Shown here piece by piece: positions 8,049-16,558 of a stretch of 32,000 bases of DNA (position 1 is the stretch's first letter; each line of letters begins with the position of its first letter). A model generated the notes under the pieces. The model was not told the DNA's origin. It was given only the letters and a program-made list of their open reading frames with translations, and did no database searches. This DNA comes from Patescibacteria group bacterium (GTDB lineage Bacteria; Patescibacteriota; Patescibacteriia; 2-01-FULL-39-33). The stretch covers positions 210,001 to 242,000 of the forward strand of contig JBAZMW010000001.1 of the NCBI GenBank assembly GCA_041649575.1. The letters are read 5' to 3'. Both the position numbers and the translations under genes were made by a program.

Positions 8049-8293
8049 TTAAGGTGCGCGGTGATCCGGAGGTGGGAGGGGGAACTTCGGGTGATTTGAT
8101 TTGAAGCCCGAGGAGTCCGTGTTAGAAATGTGCTGGCCGACAACTTTGACCGCGTTGCCGACTTCCTGGTAACAGCCCAGGGCGAAGTTATGAGGAAGAA
8201 GAGGGGCGTTAGGGTTAGGATCAGTCCCAAAAACAGAGCCATCACGCAACCTTTGGGGGGAGGCCCTAGTGGCGTTTCATTGGTGTTTTCCAT
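8049..8293 (-). CDS. Small island gene A; hypothetical protein with unresolved reading frame (possible frameshift)
   Basis: AAGGAG (8306-8301), 7 nt, then ATG at 8293 opens a frame (MENTNETPLGPPPKGCVMALFLGLILTL...) that runs through the terminator to 7949. The -1 frame has no ATG/GTG start but ends at 8049, before the terminator, with ...KFPLPPPDHRAP. Confidence 0.35.
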
Positions 8294-8334
8294 GATCAGT
8301 CTCCTTGTGGGGTTAATGTACGCATTGATAGTTA

Positions 8335-8362
8335 ATTATATTGTTTAATAGTAATTTGTCAA
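8335..8362 (-). promoter_or_regulatory. Promoter of island gene A
   Basis: Minus strand: TTGACA (8362-8357), 16-nt spacer, TATAAT (8340-8335). It starts directly after the upstream unit's terminator. Confidence 0.6.
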
Positions 8363-8363
8363 T

Positions 8364-8414
8364 AAAAAAAAGAGTCCCCGAAAACCAGTCTTCCGCGAAG
8401 ACCGGTTTTCGGGG
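8364..8414 (-). terminator. Strong intrinsic terminator of island gene B
   Basis: 18-bp stem, one G-U pair (plus coordinates 8376-8393 / 8397-8414), 3-nt loop. On the minus strand it is followed by ACTC and T8 (8371-8364). Confidence 0.85.
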
Positions 8415-8430
8415 GGTTTGTCAACCTTGT

Positions 8431-8631
8431 CTAACTGACAAGAGCGAGCGGCTGAGCAACGGACGTACACTCATATGGATACGCCCAGCGCTTGCCAGCC
8501 AGGCCAGCAAAGTGAAGAGTCAGAAAGTCTCCTGGCTCGGCGACGACACTAGCTGTCTTGCCGTTAAGTTTGTTTCCTCCTTGAGCTGAATTGAAGATGA
8601 CGGTTCTGTTCTGGCGATGTGTTTCACTCAC
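8431..8631 (-). CDS. Small island gene B; hypothetical 66-aa protein
   Basis: GAGGAG (8645-8640), 8 nt, then GTG at 8631. Product MSETHRQNRTVIFNSAQGGNKLNGKTASVVAEPGDFLTLHFAGLAGKRWAYPYECTSVAQPLALVS. A terminator lies 17 nt after the stop. Confidence 0.55.
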   Translation of the reverse strand: MSETHRQNRTVIFNSAQGGNKLNGKTASVVAEPGDFLTLHFAGLAGKRWAYPYECTSVAQPLALVS

Positions 8632-8675
8632 AGCTGTTTCTCCTCATAGTTGTTGACAGAAAATGGAGCTTCTGT

Positions 8676-8704
8676 AGTGTATTACATAATAAGAATTTTG
8701 TCAA
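8676..8704 (-). promoter_or_regulatory. Promoter of island gene B
   Basis: Minus strand: TTGACA (8704-8699), 17-nt spacer, TACACT (8681-8676). The -35 lies only 6 nt from the uvrA ATG. Confidence 0.45.
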
Positions 8705-8709
8705 ATATT

Positions 8710-11403
8710 ATGCAAGAAAAAATAATTATTCGCGGTGCGCGGGTGCATAACCTGAAGAATATTTCCTTGGAAATACCGCACAATAAGTTGACGGTGATGA
8801 CCGGAGTCTCGGGAAGCGGCAAATCTTCCTTGGCTTTTGATACTATTTTTGCCGAAGGTCAAAGGCGTTATATCGAATCATTATCGCCTTACGCGCGGCA
8901 ATTTCTGGGACAGATGAAGCCGGCCGATGTGGACGAGATTATTGGTTTGGCGCCAGCCATTTCCATTGATCAAAAAGCGCTTTCTCACAATCCACGCTCC
9001 ACAGTCGGCACGCTGACCGAGATTTATGATTATTTACGCGTGCTTTATGCGCGACTAGGGGAGGTGTTTTGTCCTAAATGCGGGCACAAGATCGAAAAAT
9101 TGGCCCTGGATGAGATGTTAGACATTATTATTAATCGCGCTAAAGAGAGTAAGGCAGAGTATGTGACTATTCTATCGCCGGTAGTAATAGATAGAAAGGG
9201 AGAGTATTACCAATTGCTTTATGATTATTTAAATCTTGGTTATGGGGAGGCGCGGATTGATGGGGAGCTTCATTCTTTGCATGAAAAAGTCAAACTAGCC
9301 AGATATAAGAAACACAGTATTGAAATAGTGATTGACAAGGTGATGACTCGCCCTGTTAAATCCGGCGAAGCCGGACCATTAGAAATAGTATTTAACAGGG
9401 TAAATGATGAGGGTCGGCTGTCGGAAGCAGTGGAAAATGCCATGTCTTATAGTAAGGGGTTAGCAATAGCTGTCTTTGGCAAAGAAGAAACTTTGTTGTC
9501 AGCTAATTGGACCTGCCCCAATGACGGCTTTGCTTTTCCCGAGGTGGAACCGCGATTGTTTTCTTTCAACTCACCACACGGCGCTTGTCCGGAGTGTCAC
9601 GGCTTGGGCAGAAAAGAAAAGTGGGTTTTAAGGCAAAAAGAAAGTGAAGATGATGATAATGAAAATAAATATGAATATCAAGTGGAAGAGTGTGCTGTTT
9701 GCCAAGGTAAACGGTTGAAGCCGGAAGCTTTGTCGGTTAAGGTAAATGATAAAAATATTAATGAGGTTTGCCTGTTACCCTTAGATAAGGCGGCTAAGTT
9801 TTTTGAAAGTTATTATAATAAAATGACCGAGCGACAGAAAACTATTGCCGAGGATGTGGTGATGGAGATTAGTCAGCGCTTGGATTTTTTGCTTAAGGTC
9901 GGGTTGAATTATTTATCGTTAAGCCGGGAGGCGGAGACGCTCTCGGGCGGCGAGGCGCAAAGGATTCGTCTGTCTAGTCAGATAGGCTCGCATTTGTCGC
10001 ATACTCTATATGTTCTTGACGAGCCGACTATCGGCTTGCATGAGCGTGACACAGACAGATTAATTGAAACCCTAAAGTCGTTGCGAGACCAAAACAATAC
10101 GGTAATTGTAGTGGAGCACGACGAGCGGACTATTCTGGCCTCTGATTATTTGGTCGATTTGGGACCGCTGGCCGGACGGCACGGTGGTGAAGTGACGGCC
10201 ATAGGAGAGACTAAAAAACTTCTCTCTGGTGTCATTGCGAGGAGCGAAGCGACGAAGCAATCTCGTGGCAAAGAGAATGGGATTGCCACCAGTCTCGCCG
10301 AGCCAAGGCGGACGCTCCCTGTGGTCGCTCGCAATGACAGTTTAACATTGCAATATCTGCGTGGCGATAAAAAAATCGATTTAGACAGAACCAGGCGGCA
10401 CAAAGACAGCGAGGCGATAAAAATTATTGGCGCTCGAGCAAATAATTTGAAGAATATTAATGTCGATATACCACTGCGAAAATTGGTGGTGATTACCGGC
10501 GTATCTGGTAGCGGTAAGTCGTCTTTGCTTTATGATGTTTTGTATAATAATGTGGTTAAAATCAAGCATGGTTTTCGTAAAGATTTAGTTGAGGTGGCCA
10601 AAATTTTGGGCACGGAATATGTTAATAAAATCGTGATTGTGAATCAGTCGCCCATCGGCCGCACGCCGCGTTCTAATCCGGCCACTTACACAGGAATTTT
10701 TACGCCCATCAGGGAGTTTTTCAGCCAGTTACCCGAAGCCAGAGAGCGTGGCTATACGCTCTCCAGATTTTCTTTCAATCGTCCAGGCGGCCGTTGCGAG
10801 TCTTGCGATGGAGCTGGTTTTAATTTGATTGAAATGCATTTTCTGCCGGCAGTGCTGGTGGAATGCGAGGTTTGCCACGGCAAGAGATTTAATCGCGAAA
10901 CATTGCAGGTGAAGTACAAAAAGAAAAACATTGCCGAGGTTTTGGATCTGACAATCGAGGAAGCCATAGGATTTTTCGACGGCCAATATTTGATCACCGA
11001 CAAACTAAAGGTTTTAGATGAAGTCGGTTTGGGATATTTGCGTTTGGGCCAATCGGCGACCACGCTTTCTGGCGGTGAGGCGCAAAGAATAAAACTAGCC
11101 AGGGAATTGACGCATACGCTCGGTTCAAAAACTTTGTATTTATTGGATGAACCGTCGGTTGGTTTGCATTATTATGATATAGAGCTGTTGCTTCAGGTTT
11201 TAAATAAATTAATTGATAGAGGAAATAGCGTGGCGCTCATCGAACATAATATGCACATTATCAAAGAAGCCGATTATATTATCGATTTGGGGCCGGAAGG
11301 CGGCGAAGGAGGCGGCAAGGTGGTGGCACAGGGCGCGCCGGAAAAAATTGTTGATAGTAAGGGGAGTCTGACGGGAGAATATTTAAAGGGGTATTTGAAA
11401 TAA
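8710..11403 (+). CDS. uvrA: Excinuclease ABC subunit A
   Basis: Start chosen at [18 protein letters not shown], the canonical UvrA N-terminus; the ORF track extends to 8650. Two GVSGSGKSS Walker A motifs, two LSGGE signatures and Zn-finger Cys pairs. Confidence 0.95.
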   Translation: MQEKIIIRGARVHNLKNISLEIPHNKLTVMTGVSGSGKSSLAFDTIFAEGQRRYIESLSPYARQFLGQMKPADVDEIIGLAPAISIDQKALSHNPRSTVGTLTEIYDYLRVLYARLGEVFCPKCGHKIEKLALDEMLDIIINRAKESKAEYVTILSPVVIDRKGEYYQLLYDYLNLGYGEARIDGELHSLHEKVKLARYKKHSIEIVIDKVMTRPVKSGEAGPLEIVFNRVNDEGRLSEAVENAMSYSKGLAIAVFGKEETLLSANWTCPNDGFAFPEVEPRLFSFNSPHGACPECHGLGRKEKWVLRQKESEDDDNENKYEYQVEECAVCQGKRLKPEALSVKVNDKNINEVCLLPLDKAAKFFESYYNKMTERQKTIAEDVVMEISQRLDFLLKVGLNYLSLSREAETLSGGEAQRIRLSSQIGSHLSHTLYVLDEPTIGLHERDTDRLIETLKSLRDQNNTVIVVEHDERTILASDYLVDLGPLAGRHGGEVTAIGETKKLLSGVIARSEATKQSRGKENGIATSLAEPRRTLPVVARNDSLTLQYLRGDKKIDLDRTRRHKDSEAIKIIGARANNLKNINVDIPLRKLVVITGVSGSGKSSLLYDVLYNNVVKIKHGFRKDLVEVAKILGTEYVNKIVIVNQSPIGRTPRSNPATYTGIFTPIREFFSQLPEARERGYTLSRFSFNRPGGRCESCDGAGFNLIEMHFLPAVLVECEVCHGKRFNRETLQVKYKKKNIAEVLDLTIEEAIGFFDGQYLITDKLKVLDEVGLGYLRLGQSATTLSGGEAQRIKLARELTHTLGSKTLYLLDEPSVGLHYYDIELLLQVLNKLIDRGNSVALIEHNMHIIKEADYIIDLGPEGGEGGGKVVAQGAPEKIVDSKGSLTGEYLKGYLK
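10231..10338. repeat. 108-nt palindromic repeat element inserted in-frame (36 codons) in uvrA
   Basis: Termini GTCATTGCGAG (10231-10241) / CTCGCAATGAC (10328-10338), with internal GCAATC..GATTGC pairing. Translates as [36 protein letters not shown] between LLSG and SLTLQYLRG. Confidence 0.75.
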
Positions 11404-11424
11404 AACTGGTCTATAAAACCAAAC

Positions 11425-11463
11425 ATCCCTACCTGACAAGTCAAGATAGGGATTTTTGATTTC
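11425..11463 (+). terminator. Intrinsic terminator after uvrA
   Basis: ATCCCTA (11425-11431) / TAGGGAT (11447-11453) with an inner TGAC-AA-GTCA, followed by TTTTGATTT. Confidence 0.6.
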
Positions 11464-11542
11464 CTGTTACGGAAATCTCAGAGGTCGGGCCAGTACCTCT
11501 ATTTAGCATTTTCATGCCGGCCTTATTGTGCGTTCGCCCGCT

Positions 11543-11731
11543 CTACGACTCGAGCAGTTGGCGCAACAGTTGTTGTGCTTTTCTCTGTCTCCGCGACTTA
11601 ATAAGAGCCAAGACGACGGAAGAGGAATTAAGCACTTTAGTCTGTGGAGCTCCCTCCAATATCTCACTTTCCTCTTTTGTGAGTTCGGGTGATGTCAGTT
11701 GGAGGATCTGTTTTACAACACTCTGGTTCAT
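11543..11731 (-). CDS. Small island gene H; hypothetical 62-aa helical protein
   Basis: AAGGAG (11744-11739), 7 nt, then ATG at 11731. Product MNQSVVKQILQLTSPELTKEESEILEGAPQTKVLNSSSVVLALIKSRRQRKAQQLLRQLLES. Roughly 70-nt 5' UTR containing hairpin CACAAGCA-ACAG-TGCTTGTG. Confidence 0.55.
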   Translation of the reverse strand: MNQSVVKQILQLTSPELTKEESEILEGAPQTKVLNSSSVVLALIKSRRQRKAQQLLRQLLES

Positions 11732-11818
11732 GGCGTAGCTCCTTTTTTACACCGTTTCGGTTTAGAGTACACAAGCACTGTTGCTTGTGGGCTCAGTTGT
11801 CAGTGTTACGACTTATTT

Positions 11819-11847
11819 ATCATAGCATATAATAATATTTTTGTCAA
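11819..11847 (-). promoter_or_regulatory. Promoter of island gene H
   Basis: Minus strand: TTGACA (11847-11842), 17-nt spacer ending in TGC, TATGAT (11824-11819). Confidence 0.6.
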
Positions 11848-11933
11848 GTATATTTACTATTTTTATTGAAAATAGTGGTTATTTTTGGCTAAAATTATTT
11901 TAAAAAATCTATATAAATGTTAATATATATGAA

Positions 11934-13139
11934 ATGGAAAAAACGCAACTAAAATCAAAATTACAACAACAGGCCGCGAAATTACCGCTAAATCCCGGCG
12001 TGTATTTTTTTGTTGATAAAAATAACAGAAGTCTCTATATCGGCCGAGCCACTTCGCTAAAGAAACGCGTCAGTCAGTATTTTAGAAATGACTTAGATCC
12101 GAGGATCGCTGAGATGGTTCCTTTAGCAAAAAAAATTAAACATCAAAAAACAGAAACTCTGTTAGATGCAATTATTTTAGAAGCTAATTTGATTAAAAAA
12201 TATTGGCCGAAATATAATGTCAAAGATCGTGATGACCGATCATTCGTCTACGTGGTTATTCCCAAAAAAGATTTTGCCTACCCTTTGATTGTACGACAAA
12301 GGGATTTAAAAAAATTTCCGGCAGGTAAAGCAGACCCGTCTCGCCATCGGCGAGCCGAGGTAGAGATTTTTGGACCGTATCAGAACGCCACCTTATTGAA
12401 AAATGCTTTAAGAATAATTCGTCGTATTTTTCCTTATGGCACCTGCCGCCCCAACTCCGGCCACACCTGTTTTGATTATCAGGTTGGCTTGTGTCCCGGG
12501 TCGTGCCTCGGCTTAATTTCCAAAAGTGATTATAATAAAAATATCAAAAATATTTCCCTGATTTTCAATGGCAAGAAGAAACAGTTAATAAATAAATTAA
12601 AAAAAGATAAGCCGGAGGCGGTTAAGGCCTTAAAACAAATTCAAGACGTAACCTTGATAACCAAGGACGAATTAAGTGGTGATTTGTCGCAGAATCGCAT
12701 TGAGGGCTATGATATTTCCCATCTGTCGGGCAAGGAGACAGTAGGAGCGATGGCGGTGTTTGTCGGTGGCCAGCCGGATAAGGCCCAGTATCGTTTATTC
12801 AATATTAAATCAGCCGCAGCCAATGATGATTTGCGGGCCTTGGAAGAAATGGTTTCCCGCCGACTCAATCACCAGAAATGGCCTTTGCCAGATATTTTTT
12901 TAGTCGATGGCGGCCGGCCGCAGGTTGATTTCGTCCAAAAAATATTGCAGATTAGAAATATTAATCTGCCACTTATTGGCATTTCCAAGCTTGGCGGTGA
13001 TAGGCTGGTTTTTGGCCGAGGCGCCAAAAAACCGATCAGGGAGCTGGCCGAAAATCTCAAGGGGACACTGCTTGAAGTCCGTGACGAGGCGCACCGTTTT
13101 GCCAATGCGGCTAGAAGAAGAAAAACAACCATCAGATAG
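11934..13139 (+). CDS. uvrC: Excinuclease ABC subunit C, minimal form (401 aa)
   Basis: GIY-YIG N-terminus (PGVYFF...LYIGRATSLKKRV). Cys cluster CRPNSGHTCFDYQVGLCPGSC. RNase H-like endonuclease region (IEGYDISHLSG...DGGRPQ...DEAHRFA). The central region is shortened and the C-terminal (HhH)2 is missing relative to E. coli UvrC. Confidence 0.9.
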   Translation: MEKTQLKSKLQQQAAKLPLNPGVYFFVDKNNRSLYIGRATSLKKRVSQYFRNDLDPRIAEMVPLAKKIKHQKTETLLDAIILEANLIKKYWPKYNVKDRDDRSFVYVVIPKKDFAYPLIVRQRDLKKFPAGKADPSRHRRAEVEIFGPYQNATLLKNALRIIRRIFPYGTCRPNSGHTCFDYQVGLCPGSCLGLISKSDYNKNIKNISLIFNGKKKQLINKLKKDKPEAVKALKQIQDVTLITKDELSGDLSQNRIEGYDISHLSGKETVGAMAVFVGGQPDKAQYRLFNIKSAAANDDLRALEEMVSRRLNHQKWPLPDIFLVDGGRPQVDFVQKILQIRNINLPLIGISKLGGDRLVFGRGAKKPIRELAENLKGTLLEVRDEAHRFANAARRRKTTIR

Positions 13140-13141
13140 AC

Positions 13142-13171
13142 TTGTTGTTGATTTTTGTTTTGTGCTATAAT
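13142..13171 (+). promoter_or_regulatory. Promoter for the 13227 gene
   Basis: TTGTTG (13142-13147), 18-nt spacer ending in TGC, TATAAT (13166-13171). Confidence 0.5.
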
Positions 13172-13226
13172 GAAAGCGATTAAAAAGACTATATAATTTA
13201 ATTCATAAAAAATTTAAACAAAAGCT

Positions 13227-13910
13227 ATGAAAAAACTTCTTTTTGGTTTGGTTTTGGCCTCGGCCATGGCTTTGGCGGCCGGCGGGGTCGGAGCCCAGGT
13301 ATTTAAAGGTACCAACACCAATCTTAATGCCAACATTAACGGCAATATAAATATTAACGCCGGAGCCAAAGCTCAAGCGGTCAAAGGCGCGATCGCCCTG
13401 TGTGCCAACATCGAGTCCAGGGTCAAGATGAAGATCGCCAATTATGAAGCCGGCAAAGTAAGGCATGCCAACGCTTACAATAATTTGAAGAGTCGTTTGG
13501 CGGCTTTAAATGACAAGTTGGTGGCCAAAGGGGCGGACACGACTAAGCTGCAATCAGATCTGCTCCAGCTGGATAGTAAGGTTGCTAAATTTTTGGCTGA
13601 TTATGACACTTATATCAATAAGCTGCGAGAAGGCCAGGCTTTTGTTTGCGGCAAATCGCAGGGTCAGTTTTTGGCAAAAATGAAAGAAGCTCGGGCGGCT
13701 TTGAAGGTGGTTTGGCAAGATGCCAAGGAGATTAAGGATTATTATGTCAAAACCATCAGGCCGGATTTGCAAGCCATCAGAGAACAGCTCAAAAAACAGC
13801 AGGCGGCAGCAGCGGCTAGCGCCGATATCAATGCCGAAGCGGTCAATGGACAGGTTAATTCGGAAACCACCCAAGAAGGAAACGGCGATGCGGAGAATAT
13901 TAATCAGTAA
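13227..13910 (+). CDS. Secreted coiled-coil protein, unknown function
   Basis: Signal peptide MKKLLFGLVLASAMALAAGGVGA. Asn-rich NxN repeats followed by long heptad-like helices. Confidence 0.7.
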   Translation: MKKLLFGLVLASAMALAAGGVGAQVFKGTNTNLNANINGNININAGAKAQAVKGAIALCANIESRVKMKIANYEAGKVRHANAYNNLKSRLAALNDKLVAKGADTTKLQSDLLQLDSKVAKFLADYDTYINKLREGQAFVCGKSQGQFLAKMKEARAALKVVWQDAKEIKDYYVKTIRPDLQAIREQLKKQQAAAAASADINAEAVNGQVNSETTQEGNGDAENINQ

Positions 13911-13936
13911 TTAATAATTCAAATAAATTAAAATCT

Positions 13937-14275
13937 ATGTTTAGCAATAAAAAATTTTTGAAAAGGTCTTTGTCCTTATTTAGTTTGGTGTTGATTTTGG
14001 TTTTGGCGGCTGGAATTTTGGGCGGTTGCGGCCAGAATAATGACGAGGAAGATTATGGCGCTAACATCAACGAGGAAGAAGTGGCCACTCCGGATAATAT
14101 TAATACGGAAGAAATTGATACTAATCAAAACGCGGGAGCCGACGAGACAAATCAGCCAGTGGTCGAAGAGGTTAATGTCGACGCTGAAATTAATCAACTA
14201 GACGCTTCGATTCAAGGGGTAAGTCCGGATGATTTTAAGGATGATGGCTTGTCAAACAAAGAATTAGGCATATAG
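13937..14275 (+). CDS. Acidic lipoprotein, unknown function
   Basis: Lipobox ILGGC after a hydrophobic signal sequence. The mature part is rich in D/E/N. Confidence 0.65.
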   Translation: MFSNKKFLKRSLSLFSLVLILVLAAGILGGCGQNNDEEDYGANINEEEVATPDNINTEEIDTNQNAGADETNQPVVEEVNVDAEINQLDASIQGVSPDDFKDDGLSNKELGI

Positions 14276-14284
14276 TTTTAAATT

Positions 14285-14316
14285 AAAAAAGCTCCCGACC
14301 AGTCTGGAGCTTTTTT
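14285..14316 (+). terminator. Intrinsic terminator after the lipoprotein gene
   Basis: AGCTCC (14290-14295) / GGAGCT (14306-14311), flanked by an A-run and T6. Confidence 0.75.
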
Positions 14317-14371
14317 AATTATTGTTTAAATCTGCTATGATTAAGTTGTTTTTAGTTAAATATTTATAAAA

Positions 14372-14974
14372 ATGATGCTCACCAGAAAACGGGTAATTGA
14401 GATTATCAAATCGGGCGGTATTGGCATTATGCCCACTGATACTATTTATGGTTTGGTGGGCTTGGCTTTGGATAAGAAAGCAGTGGAAAGAATTTATCAG
14501 GTTAGGCAAAGGAAGCCGGATAGGCCGCTGATAATTTTGATCGGTTCTTTGAGTGATCTAAAATTATTCGGCGTGGACATAGATTCTAAAACAAAAGAAG
14601 TGTTGGCCACTTATTGGCCGGGAGCAGTGAGTGTGGTTTTGCCTTGCAAGTATAAAAAATTCGAATATCTGCATCGCGGCGCCAAAACCCTGGCTTTTCG
14701 CTGGCCTAAAGGCTTTGCTTTAGAAGAGACGCTTCTGAAAACCGGACCACTGGTTGCGCCCAGCGCCAATCTGGAAGGCAGGGAGCCGGCCAAAAATATT
14801 AATGAGGCCAAAAATTATTTTTTGGACAGCGTGGATTTCTATTATGGCCACAAAGATCTGGTTTCCTTGCCTTCAACTTTGATTAAAATAGAAAACGGCG
14901 AAATTCTGGTTTTGCGTCAAGGCGCGGTCGCTATAAAAAATAAACGCCCGGCCGACGTCGGAGACATCGGCTAG
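14372..14974 (+). CDS. tsaC: L-threonylcarbamoyladenylate synthase, short YrdC/TsaC type
   Basis: 200 aa. PTDTIYGL, RPLIILIG and VAPSANLEG motifs of the Sua5/YrdC family. Confidence 0.85.
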   Translation: MMLTRKRVIEIIKSGGIGIMPTDTIYGLVGLALDKKAVERIYQVRQRKPDRPLIILIGSLSDLKLFGVDIDSKTKEVLATYWPGAVSVVLPCKYKKFEYLHRGAKTLAFRWPKGFALEETLLKTGPLVAPSANLEGREPAKNINEAKNYFLDSVDFYYGHKDLVSLPSTLIKIENGEILVLRQGAVAIKNKRPADVGDIG

Positions 14975-15003
14975 GCGGTCTGGGTGCTCGTTTCACCGAG
15001 CAA

Positions 15004-15264
15004 CTAGGAGTTGGCGGTGACAACAGTCGTGTTTCTTTTCATTTCCTGGCAGACGGCGCTCACGACCTTGCTGACCGTATGAGGGACTCCTGCCTGGAGA
15101 TCGGGCCAAACCCCGAATCGCAGTTCGCCATTGACGGCCAGGGTTTCCAGTCCCATGACGATAGTCTGGTCGTTCACCTCGCCCTCCTGGGCGAAACCAT
15201 AACCCACCAGGAATTCCTCGACAAAGGCGCGAACCTCCATCTCAACGCTACTTGCGCAACACAT
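15004..15264 (-). CDS. Small island gene C; hypothetical acidic 86-aa protein
   Basis: AGGAGGG (15279-15273), 8 nt, then ATG at 15264. Product MCCASSVEMEVRAFVEEFLVGYGFAQEGEVNDQTIVMGLETLAVNGELRFGVWPDLQAGVPHTVSKVVSAVCQEMKRNTTVVTANS. Only a weak hairpin (TGCTCG/CGAGCA) lies downstream. Confidence 0.55.
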   Translation of the reverse strand: MCCASSVEMEVRAFVEEFLVGYGFAQEGEVNDQTIVMGLETLAVNGELRFGVWPDLQAGVPHTVSKVVSAVCQEMKRNTTVVTANS

Positions 15265-15319
15265 GGCCTATACCCTCCTGTTGTGGTTACCACCGGTTGT
15301 CCAAAACAGCACAAGATTT

Positions 15320-15348
15320 ATTATAACAGGCATTTTTTATTTAGTCAA
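15320..15348 (-). promoter_or_regulatory. Promoter of island gene C
   Basis: Minus strand: TTGACT (15348-15343), 17-nt spacer, TATAAT (15325-15320). Confidence 0.6.
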
Positions 15349-15361
15349 AGAGTAGTATAAT

Positions 15362-15390
15362 TTGTCAATAATATTTATTGTTTGTATAAT
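15362..15390 (+). promoter_or_regulatory. Promoter of the PfkB kinase gene; predicts a leaderless mRNA
   Basis: TTGTCA (15362-15367), 17-nt spacer, TATAAT (15385-15390). The ATG at 15397 lies 6 nt after the -10, so the transcription start should fall on or next to it. Confidence 0.6.
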
Positions 15391-15396
15391 AATCAT

Positions 15397-16350
15397 ATGT
15401 TGAAGCAAAATAAAAAATACGATTTGGTCGTCATTGGCGGGGCGACGCGCGATATCCTTTTCTATTCCAAAGAAGGCGAGCTGATTTCTACCAACAATAT
15501 TGCCAGGCAAAGAATGCTGGCTTTTGAATACGGCGCCAAAATATATGCCGATCGGGTGTTTACCGAATTCGGCGGCGGGGCGGTCAATGTGGCGGTCGGC
15601 GGAGCCAGGCTGGGGCTAAGGACCGCTGTGATTTGCCGCGTCGGCAATGATCAGAACGGCCGCGAGGTGATCGAGAACCTCAAAGAAAAAAAAGTGGATG
15701 TCTCTTTGGTCAAGATTGATCGCTCGGCAGTGACTGGTTTCTCGATAATTCTAACCATTAACAATCCGGCCAAAGAACACGTGGCTCTGCTTCATCGCGG
15801 CGCTAATGAAATGCTGTCGGCTAGCGATTTGGCACTGGGAAAATTAAAAACAGAATGGTTTTATCTGCCGGCTTTACCCAAGGTTGGCTGGGAAAAAATC
15901 ATGGAGGCGGTAATCAGGCAAAAAGTCAAGGTTGCCTGGAATCCGGGCCGTTATCAATTAGAAAAAATAGATAAGATAAAAAAATTTTTGCCGCAGATCA
16001 AGCTGCTTATAGTCAATCGCGACGAAGCCCTGGAATTTAGGAAGCTGAAAGAGATCAAGGGTTTGCTAAAACATATTAAAAGTCTAGGACCAGAACTGGT
16101 GGTAATAACCGACGGCGCCAAGGGAGCGTATGTTTACGACGGCAAAAAGTATTATTTTATGAAAGCGGCCAGTGTGAAAAACATCAATACGATCGGGGTG
16201 GGCGATGCTTTTGGCGCCGGCTTTACAAGCGCCCTGATCTATGGTAAGAATATTAAACAGGCTTTGAGATGGGGGATAATTAACTCGGCGGCGGTGGTCA
16301 GCAATATTGGCGCCCAAAAAGGCCTGCTGAATCTTCGGCAGATAAAATAA
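15397..16350 (+). CDS. PfkB-family carbohydrate kinase (ribokinase-like)
   Basis: N-terminal DLVVIGGATRD, GGGAVNVA, and C-terminal GVGDAFGAGF signature. The start is set at the ATG rather than the TTG at 15382 used by the ORF track. Confidence 0.85.
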   Translation: MLKQNKKYDLVVIGGATRDILFYSKEGELISTNNIARQRMLAFEYGAKIYADRVFTEFGGGAVNVAVGGARLGLRTAVICRVGNDQNGREVIENLKEKKVDVSLVKIDRSAVTGFSIILTINNPAKEHVALLHRGANEMLSASDLALGKLKTEWFYLPALPKVGWEKIMEAVIRQKVKVAWNPGRYQLEKIDKIKKFLPQIKLLIVNRDEALEFRKLKEIKGLLKHIKSLGPELVVITDGAKGAYVYDGKKYYFMKAASVKNINTIGVGDAFGAGFTSALIYGKNIKQALRWGIINSAAVVSNIGAQKGLLNLRQIK

Positions 16351-16412
16351 AATAACGGTCCGAAAACAGGGAACCCGACCGTGCCGACAGGCAGGGTAGG
16401 CAGAGGTGAACG

Positions 16413-16446
16413 GGCTTAAATAAAATTTGGGTCTGTTTTTATTTTA
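16413..16446 (+). terminator. Probable terminator after the PfkB gene
   Basis: GGCTTAAAT / ATTTGGGTC, a 9-bp stem with G-U pairs and a 3-nt loop, followed by TGTTTTTATTTT. Confidence 0.5.
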
Positions 16447-16451
16447 CTTTT

Positions 16452-16537
16452 AATGTCATCGCGAGGGAGTGAAACGACCGTGGCGATCCCGCGGGATTGC
16501 TTCGCTGCGCCCTTTGGGCTTCGCTCGCAATGACATT
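16452..16537. repeat. Palindromic repeat element, same family as the uvrA insertion
   Basis: GTCATCGCGAG (16455-16465) / CTCGCAATGAC (16524-16534), with flanking AAT/ATT and internal GCGATCCC-GCG-GGATTGC pairing. Confidence 0.7.
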
Positions 16538-16558
16538 AATAAATAATTATCAAAAATT

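Noticed and set aside
7949-8293. Taking the full 114-aa ORF of island gene A at face value
   Set aside because: Its C-terminal two thirds are S/T/R/P-rich. It crosses the minus-strand terminator and overlaps the uvrB 3' end. I kept only a low-confidence call with the frame problem flagged.
8130-8589. Plus-strand ORFs 8130..8348 and 8341..8589
   Set aside because: They are antisense to the SD-led island genes A and B and cross the strong terminator hairpin. No promoter or RBS supports them.
8672-8687. Near-match to an E. coli-type SOS box (CTGT-N8-ACAT) 23 nt upstream of the uvrA start
   Set aside because: It has a mismatch in the conserved ACAG half-site. I saw no comparable boxes upstream of uvrB, uvrC or recJ. 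The same bases serve as the -10 region of the island gene B promoter.
10146-10403. Minus-strand 85-aa ORF inside uvrA containing ...[10 protein letters not shown]...
   Set aside because: It is the antisense translation of the palindromic repeat embedded in uvrA. The same applies to ORF 19135..19383, which is a translation of the 19267-19381 repeat.
11514-11738. Plus-strand 74-aa ORF overlapping island gene H
   Set aside because: It is Cys/Ser/Leu-rich and looks like antisense composition, with no RBS or promoter. The minus-strand ORF has a promoter, AAGGAG and proper spacing.
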